Assembly: GCA_963813715.1 (NCBI GenBank)
Contig: CAWFAK010000005.1
Coordinates: 1,120,001-1,184,000 of the forward strand
Source: an uncultured Planctomycetaceae bacterium
GTDB taxonomy: Bacteria > Planctomycetota > Planctomycetia > Planctomycetales > Planctomycetaceae
Direction of reading: 5' to 3'
DNA length: 64,000 bases
The position numbers were made by a program, and so were the translations under genes. The notes beneath the pieces are model-generated. The model was not told the DNA's origin. It saw only the letters and a list, made by a program, of their open reading frames with translations, and searched no databases. Below, piece by piece: positions 58,363 through 64,000 of the stretch. Numbering within the stretch: position 1 is the first letter of the stretch; each line of letters begins with the position of its first letter.

Positions 58363-58569
58363 TCACAAGTTCCACGAGAGCAAAAACAGGACCGCGAACA
58401 GCGCCGCCATCGAGACCAGAATCGTGACGAACAATCGGGCCGATCGCCGCAGGATCTGCGGCGGATACTCGAACCGGGTGGCGCTGTAGACCAGGCTGAC
58501 CGTCAGCGCCAGCGGCAGCAGGTACCAGCTGGCGTGGGTTTTGTCGGCCAGGATCAAAAACGACTGCAT
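58363..58569 (-). CDS. Small two-TM hypothetical protein
   Basis: WYLLPLALTVSLVYSATRFE, co-oriented with its neighbours. Confidence 0.7.
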   Translation of the reverse strand: MQSFLILADKTHASWYLLPLALTVSLVYSATRFEYPPQILRRSARLFVTILVSMAALFAVLFLLSWNL

Positions 58570-58608
58570 GCTGCAGATTCCTTGAGGCGTCATTCGCGGA
58601 GCCGATTA

Positions 58609-59512
58609 TTAAACCTTAGGCGCTGCGATCGGGGGAGGCGCCGGCGGAGGCTGGGCAGGCGGCACGGCTTTGACCGTCTTCTCGGCCGACGAGCTGGCGG
58701 CGGCCTTTTGTTCGGCGTCGCTGCCGTCTCCGTAGCCGTAGGCCGGACCTTCCACCGCGTCCAGAATCACCAGGATGTTGAGCAGGCCGGCGATCATCGT
58801 GAAGGTCATCGCCAGCTCGTGAAACTTGCCGAGTGTGCGGTGCAGCGAGAGGTAGTATTCGTCGTCGGGCGGAGCCTCGAAGCGATCGACGAGCTTGCGC
58901 GGAAACTTGCCGCTGAGCCGGCCGATCTGTTTGAGGCGGATCGCTCGCGTCGACGACGTCGACTGAGAGAAGCTCGCGTTCGGGATCGGCCGAGACGGCT
59001 TTGCCAAACTTGGGAGTGCCCCCCAGTGACAGCGTGATCTCTTTTTTGTCCTGGGTGCCGGTGAATTTGCCCTGCACCACGCGGCCTTCGGCGGGCTTGG
59101 TCCCCGCCCTAAGTTCGATCTGCCCCGTTACCGCGCCGTCGGCCAGGTTGGCGGTGCGGTCCTGCATGTGCAACATTCCGTGAAAGGGAGCGTTGAGCGG
59201 CGCGGACAGGCTGATTTCATCGACGTTCGTGCGACTCTCGTAACGCCGCGCCTGCATCAGGGACGGCAGCGCCGGCAAACCGACGAAGACTTGCGCGTAA
59301 TAGGGATTCAGAAAGTTCGTGGGGTCCTTCTTCCAGTAAACGACGCTCCAGTTCCCGAGTGCCATTCCGTAGAAGAAGGTCACCAGCACGCAGGTGCCGC
59401 AAAGGATGCCTTTGAAATAGCGGCCCTGGTAGACGTGTCCCGCGCCGGGAAACAAAAAGGCCAAGACGCCGGCCAGATACCGGTTTTTAAACGGGATGCG
59501 GGGATCAAGCAT
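58609..59512 (-). CDS. DUF6677-like membrane protein (frameshift near 58950)
   Basis: AGVLAFLFPGAGHVYQGR and ELAMTFTMIAGLLNILVILDAVEGP. Confidence 0.75.
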
Positions 59513-59702
59513 GCGAATCAAATTTCCGGGCAAACCGGCGTTTTTTTGGCGGAACACTGCTTCGAGTGGGAACACCGCGGCGGGCCAAGCGTAGAACCGG
59601 CCGTATTTTAGGCGCAAGCCAGATTGGGGCTAGGGAGGGTTCGACGCATGCCCCTCCCGAGAGGCACGCCAGAACGCGCAGTGCGCACTGCGGTCGGCGG
59701 CC

Positions 59703-61136
59703 TCAGGCCGACTGGGAGCGCAACACCACGTTCGGCCGATAGAGCAGCGCGACCGGCAGCATCACGGCGGCGGACATCGCGAAGATCCAGCTCTCGCGAA
59801 TCTGCAGGATTCGGCAAGCCTCGATGACCAGCAGATAAAAGACGGCCGCCAGCATGATGCCGATCCAATTGATGAGATTCATCGCGCCGATCATGCGTCC
59901 TTTTTGCTCGGCCGGCGGACGAACCTGCATGATCACGGCCAGCGGCACATAGAAGAAGCCGGCGAAGAAGCCAACGCCCACCAGCAGCACGCGGCAGGCG
60001 ATCTCGAACAGGCTGGTCGGCCGCAGCATTTCCACGACCGACTCGGGAGCGCGGACGGGAAGCGATGTGGCACTCGTCTCGCCGGCGGGAATCTCCGCAG
60101 CCTTCGCGGTTTCGGACGAGCCGGCTTCCGAGGCCGCCTTGCTCGGGGTCAGAGAAACGCCGGCGACGCTGCCGATCACCGCCAAACCCGACAAGCAGAC
60201 GACGATGCCCCACGCGCCGAGCTTCACGAAGCCGACGCGAATCTTGCCGCGCGCCGCTCCGCCAGCCCACAGACAGCCGACCATGATGCCGACGGCCATG
60301 CAGACTGACAGCAGACTCGTGCGTCCGTCGCCGTAGTTCATCTGCAGTTTGCCGAAGTCGTTGACCGAAGGCTGAATCACGCCGCCCAGAAACCAAAACA
60401 ACGACGAGATCACCAGCACCAGCATCAACGGCCGGTCGGCTTTCAACATCCGCCAGGTCTCGCCGCTGATGAACAGGGCCGAAGGCGTGAATTTGAGTCC
60501 CGGCTGCGCGATGGGCGTGCGGCGAATGACCAGCGACGTCAGCGTGCCGGTGACGGCGATCCCGATGCAGACCGCGCTGCCGATCCAGAGGCGATCGTTG
60601 TACCACTCCTTGATAAAGCCGGCGAGCGCCATCCCCAGGATGATCGACAGAAACGTCGTCATCTGAATCATGCCGTTGACCTGCGGCAAGTCGCGCTCGC
60701 GAAACAGCTCGGGCAGGATGCCGTATTTCGGCGGCCCGAAAAACGCGCTGTGGGTGCCCATCAGAAACACGACGGCCAACAAAAAGATCATGCGGCCGTC
60801 CGTCGAGTGCAGTGCCAGGAGCCCGGCCGTCATCACACCGATCTCGGCGACCTTCATCGCCACGACGATGTGCACCTTGCTCATGCGATCGGAGAGAAAA
60901 CCGGCAAATCCGGAGAAGAGCACGAAGGGGAGGGCGAACAGCAGCAGCGCGGCCCCCTGATCGTTTTTGCCCGTCTCGCGGAAGTAATCGACGCAGATCA
61001 GCAGCACGAGCTGCTTGAACAGGTTGTCGTTGAAGGCCCCGAAGAACTGCGTGAAGTTCATCCCGTGGTACGAGACGTCGTGCCACAGGGGCGGGCGGGG
61101 ATCGGGCTGGGAGAGGTCGGGGTTCGCCGAAGCCAT
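59703..61136 (-). CDS. MFS transporter (LplT-like)
   Basis: TQFFGAFNDNLFK, LPFVLFSGFAGFLSDR, HSAFFGPPKYGILPE. Confidence 0.9.
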   Translation of the reverse strand: MASANPDLSQPDPRPPLWHDVSYHGMNFTQFFGAFNDNLFKQLVLLICVDYFRETGKNDQGAALLLFALPFVLFSGFAGFLSDRMSKVHIVVAMKVAEIGVMTAGLLALHSTDGRMIFLLAVVFLMGTHSAFFGPPKYGILPELFRERDLPQVNGMIQMTTFLSIILGMALAGFIKEWYNDRLWIGSAVCIGIAVTGTLTSLVIRRTPIAQPGLKFTPSALFISGETWRMLKADRPLMLVLVISSLFWFLGGVIQPSVNDFGKLQMNYGDGRTSLLSVCMAVGIMVGCLWAGGAARGKIRVGFVKLGAWGIVVCLSGLAVIGSVAGVSLTPSKAASEAGSSETAKAAEIPAGETSATSLPVRAPESVVEMLRPTSLFEIACRVLLVGVGFFAGFFYVPLAVIMQVRPPAEQKGRMIGAMNLINWIGIMLAAVFYLLVIEACRILQIRESWIFAMSAAVMLPVALLYRPNVVLRSQSA

Positions 61137-61359
61137 AAAGCCCTAACGTGGGGGGGTGTGGGGCGAAGTCGCGATGATCCTACCGGATTGTCATCGCGGG
61201 CGGAATTGCGGAGCCTTCGCTGAGTTAACGACACACGGTTAGGAACGGGCGCACACAGTTAAGAACGCGGGTGAGAACGTGGGCGATGACAGGGCGTCCG
61301 CGTGCGGATACAGTTGAGGACAGCCCCACCCCGATTCCCACCTCTTATACAGGCGACGA

Positions 61360-62409
61360 ATGATGGCTCGCGCAACGCCACTCGCCGCGATTTTTTTGGG
61401 CTTGTGCCTGTCGCCGCACGCCCAGGCCGACGCAGCAGCCCCGGCTCCTCCCGTGCCCCGGGAGCAAGTCCAGCGGGCGGTCGACCGCTCCATCGGCTAC
61501 CTGCAAACCGAAAGTGGCAACTGGCTGAACACGCGCCGCTGTGCGGCCTGTCATCATGCCGGCATGCCCCTCTGGGCGCTCAATGAAGCCGACAAGCTGG
61601 GCTACGCCATCGACAAGAAGTTCATGGCCGACAAGATCGAAGCGACACTCGGAAGCCCGGACAAGCTGATCGCGGTCAAGCTTGTGCCCGGCCCGAAAGA
61701 TCCTCCGGACACGCGACCGCTTGCCCGAGGCCTCAACATGGGGCTTCCGTTCCTGGCGGTCGCCGGACGTTCGTTCCCGACTTTAAGCGAGGGCCAGAAA
61801 CAGAGCCTGAGCTTTATTACCGAGGAGATCCTCAAGAAGCAGATGAAAGACGGCTCGTGGGAGTTCTTTCTCAGCCGGCCGCCGATCAACGAGACGCAGC
61901 TCACCGACGTCGGCTGGATCCTGATGGCGCTGCAGGCCGATCCGGCCAGCGTCACGTCTCAGCCGCAGCGTGTCGCACTGCAAAAAGGGGTCGCCTGGCT
62001 CGCCGACACCAAGCAGCCCGACACGTACCAGAGCAAGGTTTTGAAACTGTTGCTGGCGATCCGCGCCGGCAAAGCCACGAGCGATCTCCAGCCGCAGATC
62101 AACGAATTGCTCGCCGCACAACAGCCTGACGGTGGCTGGCGACAACTCCCCGAAATGAAGAGCGACGCCTTCGCGACCGGGCAGACGCTGTACGTGTTGT
62201 CGCTGGCGGGTTATACGGCCGAGCGCCCGCAAATGAAGCGTGCCATCGCCTTTCTCGTGACGACGCAAAAGCCGGACGGCAGCTGGCCGATGACGTCGCA
62301 CGCCTCTCCAGACGGGAAGCCCGGCCACGCCAAGCTGCTGACACCCATCACGTGCGGGGCAACTTCCTGGGTGACGCTCGGCTTGTCGCGAGCCGTGCCG
62401 AAACGCTAA
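61360..62409 (+). CDS. Secreted prenyltransferase/squalene-cyclase-repeat protein
   Basis: Signal peptide; QMKDGSW, QQPDGGW, QKPDGSW repeats; CAACH. Confidence 0.8.
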   Translation: MMARATPLAAIFLGLCLSPHAQADAAAPAPPVPREQVQRAVDRSIGYLQTESGNWLNTRRCAACHHAGMPLWALNEADKLGYAIDKKFMADKIEATLGSPDKLIAVKLVPGPKDPPDTRPLARGLNMGLPFLAVAGRSFPTLSEGQKQSLSFITEEILKKQMKDGSWEFFLSRPPINETQLTDVGWILMALQADPASVTSQPQRVALQKGVAWLADTKQPDTYQSKVLKLLLAIRAGKATSDLQPQINELLAAQQPDGGWRQLPEMKSDAFATGQTLYVLSLAGYTAERPQMKRAIAFLVTTQKPDGSWPMTSHASPDGKPGHAKLLTPITCGATSWVTLGLSRAVPKR

Positions 62410-62768
62410 TGGAACCGCGAACCGAGCTGCTAAGGGTCGACGAAAGTTTTCACATCCAGGGGTACGGGCTCGTCGTCCACCCGGATTTCTCCGTCCCGAA
62501 CGGCTGGAAAAACCAGGTCGAAACAGTCGTCGTGGAAAAGCCCGACGGGCAGAGGTATGAGTCAATCGCTCAATTCAACGCGGTACATTTCAATGTGGCA
62601 TTCGATTCGACGGACGTAATGGGTGCGATTGATCGACGTTGGCGAGTCATCGCGTTGTTGCCGAACACAGCAAAGGATGATCTGCCGGCGGGCAGCAAGA
62701 TATTCGTTTCGCGCGAACTCAGAGACAAGCTCCATTCAGTCCAAGCGATCGAGAATTCCGAGGAGTAG
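62409..62768 (+). CDS. Hypothetical protein
   Basis: TAATG overlap with the upstream gene; beta-rich 119 aa ORF. Confidence 0.55.
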   Translation: MEPRTELLRVDESFHIQGYGLVVHPDFSVPNGWKNQVETVVVEKPDGQRYESIAQFNAVHFNVAFDSTDVMGAIDRRWRVIALLPNTAKDDLPAGSKIFVSRELRDKLHSVQAIENSEE

Positions 62769-62830
62769 CAATCCTCGGTCTTGCGAGTGTCGCCTTCAAG
62801 GAGCCCCGCACTTCCGTGCGATGCTCTTAA

Positions 62831-64000
62831 TCACTCGATCGTCTCCACGTCGAGCCAGTTGTCGCCGGCCGACAGGTCGACGACGAGCGGCACTTCCAGC
62901 TCCATCGCGTGCTCCATTTCGTGCCGCACCATGTCGGCCAGCTCGCGGACGTGCTCTTCGGGCACCTCGAAGACCAGTTCGTCGTGAATTTGCAGCAGCA
63001 GCTTGGCGGGAAATGAGGCGGCGCGGAGGCGGTCGGCCAGTCGCAACATGGCCCGTTTGATCAGGTCGGCCGCCGAGCCCTGAATCACCGCGTTGATCGC
63101 CGTCCGCTCGGCCAGGTTGCGTTGCATGCGGGTGATCGCTGCCGGACGAATGCCGGAGATCGGACGGCGGCGGCCGAGAATCGTATGCGCGTAGCCCGTC
63201 CGATGGCAGTCGCGGAGAATCTGCTGCAAGTAGCGGGTCACGCCGGCGTAACGCGTGAAATAACTGTCGATGAATGCGCCGGCTTCGTCCGGATCGATGC
63301 CCAGCGCGGCGGCAAGGCCAAACGGGCTCTGGCCGTAGATCACGCCGAAGTTCACCGCCTTGGCGATTCGCCGCATGTCGGACGTGACGTCGGCTTCCGC
63401 CACGCCGAAAACCTCCTGAGCGACGGCCGAGTGAATGTCGGCCCCCTCGCGGAAGGATTCTTGCAGGGCCTTGTCGCGACTGAAGTGAGCCAGCATCCGC
63501 AGCTCGATCTGCGAATAGTCGGCGCACAAGAGCTTCCAGCCCTCGGCTGACGCGAGAAACGCTCGGCGGACACGGCGGCCTTCTTCTGTGCGGATCGGAA
63601 TGTTTTGCAGGTTGGGATCGCTCGCGCTCAGTCGACCCGTCGCCGCGACGACCTGGTTGAACGAGCAATGAATCCGCCCCGTCTGCGGGTTGACCATCTT
63701 GGGCAGCGCGTCGAGATACGTGCCCTTGAGCTTCGAGAGCTGCCGTTGCTCGATGATCTTGGCTGGCAGCGAGTGTTGCAGGGCCAGTCGCTCGAGCACA
63801 TCCTGATCGGTGCTGGGGCCCGTCTTCGTCCGCTTGAGGACCGGCAGCTTCAGTTGCTCGAACAGCACCTTGCGGAGCTGCAGCGGCGAATCGATGTTGA
63901 ACTCGCCCCCCGCCTCGCGATAGATGTCGTTAACGATGGCGGACAGGCGGCGCGTGACGTCGGCGCTCTGCCGGGCCAGCTCGTCGCAGTCGACGCGGAT
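62831..64000 (-). CDS. polA: DNA polymerase I, C-terminal polymerase domain (partial)
   Basis: TGRLSASDPNLQNIP, ADYSQIELR, AKAVNFGVIYG, NAVIQGSAAD, LQIHDELVFE. Confidence 0.97.
   Translation of the reverse strand: MRVDCDELARQSADVTRRLSAIVNDIYREAGGEFNIDSPLQLRKVLFEQLKLPVLKRTKTGPSTDQDVLERLALQHSLPAKIIEQRQLSKLKGTYLDALPKMVNPQTGRIHCSFNQVVAATGRLSASDPNLQNIPIRTEEGRRVRRAFLASAEGWKLLCADYSQIELRMLAHFSRDKALQESFREGADIHSAVAQEVFGVAEADVTSDMRRIAKAVNFGVIYGQSPFGLAAALGIDPDEAGAFIDSYFTRYAGVTRYLQQILRDCHRTGYAHTILGRRRPISGIRPAAITRMQRNLAERTAINAVIQGSAADLIKRAMLRLADRLRAASFPAKLLLQIHDELVFEVPEEHVRELADMVRHEMEHAMELEVPLVVDLSAGDNWLDVETIE

Overview
High-GC chromosomal window, most likely from a Planctomycete (inferred from gene repertoire and REP/heptamer repeat types). 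The backbone is mostly ordinary: nfo, recJ, pcm, xerC, polA 3' part, tRNA-His(GUG), ABC transporter, a pseudaminic-acid (pse) cluster, TerC, amidohydrolase and GT-C glycosyltransferases. Many conserved genes carry single-base frameshifts, probably long-read indel errors, so several coordinates are reconstructed across frames. All family calls are by eye from motifs, not database searches. Points of most interest: (1) an IS110 element at the left edge whose non-coding end has a readable bridge-RNA-like fold, with guide segments matching the REP-like repeat it sits in; (2) an AT-richer island at 42.0-45.5 kb encoding TIR + DUF6119/TIGR04141-like + GIY-YIG-like proteins, a candidate anti-phage module; (3) an IspH fused in frame to a ferritin-like di-iron domain, downstream of a membrane protein and winged-helix regulator, with two matching palindromic operators; (4) a Zn-ribbon-HEPN-like orphan; (5) a pse cluster with an N-formyltransferase in place of PseH; (6) a divergent BshC-like protein; (7) several dispersed non-coding repeat families.
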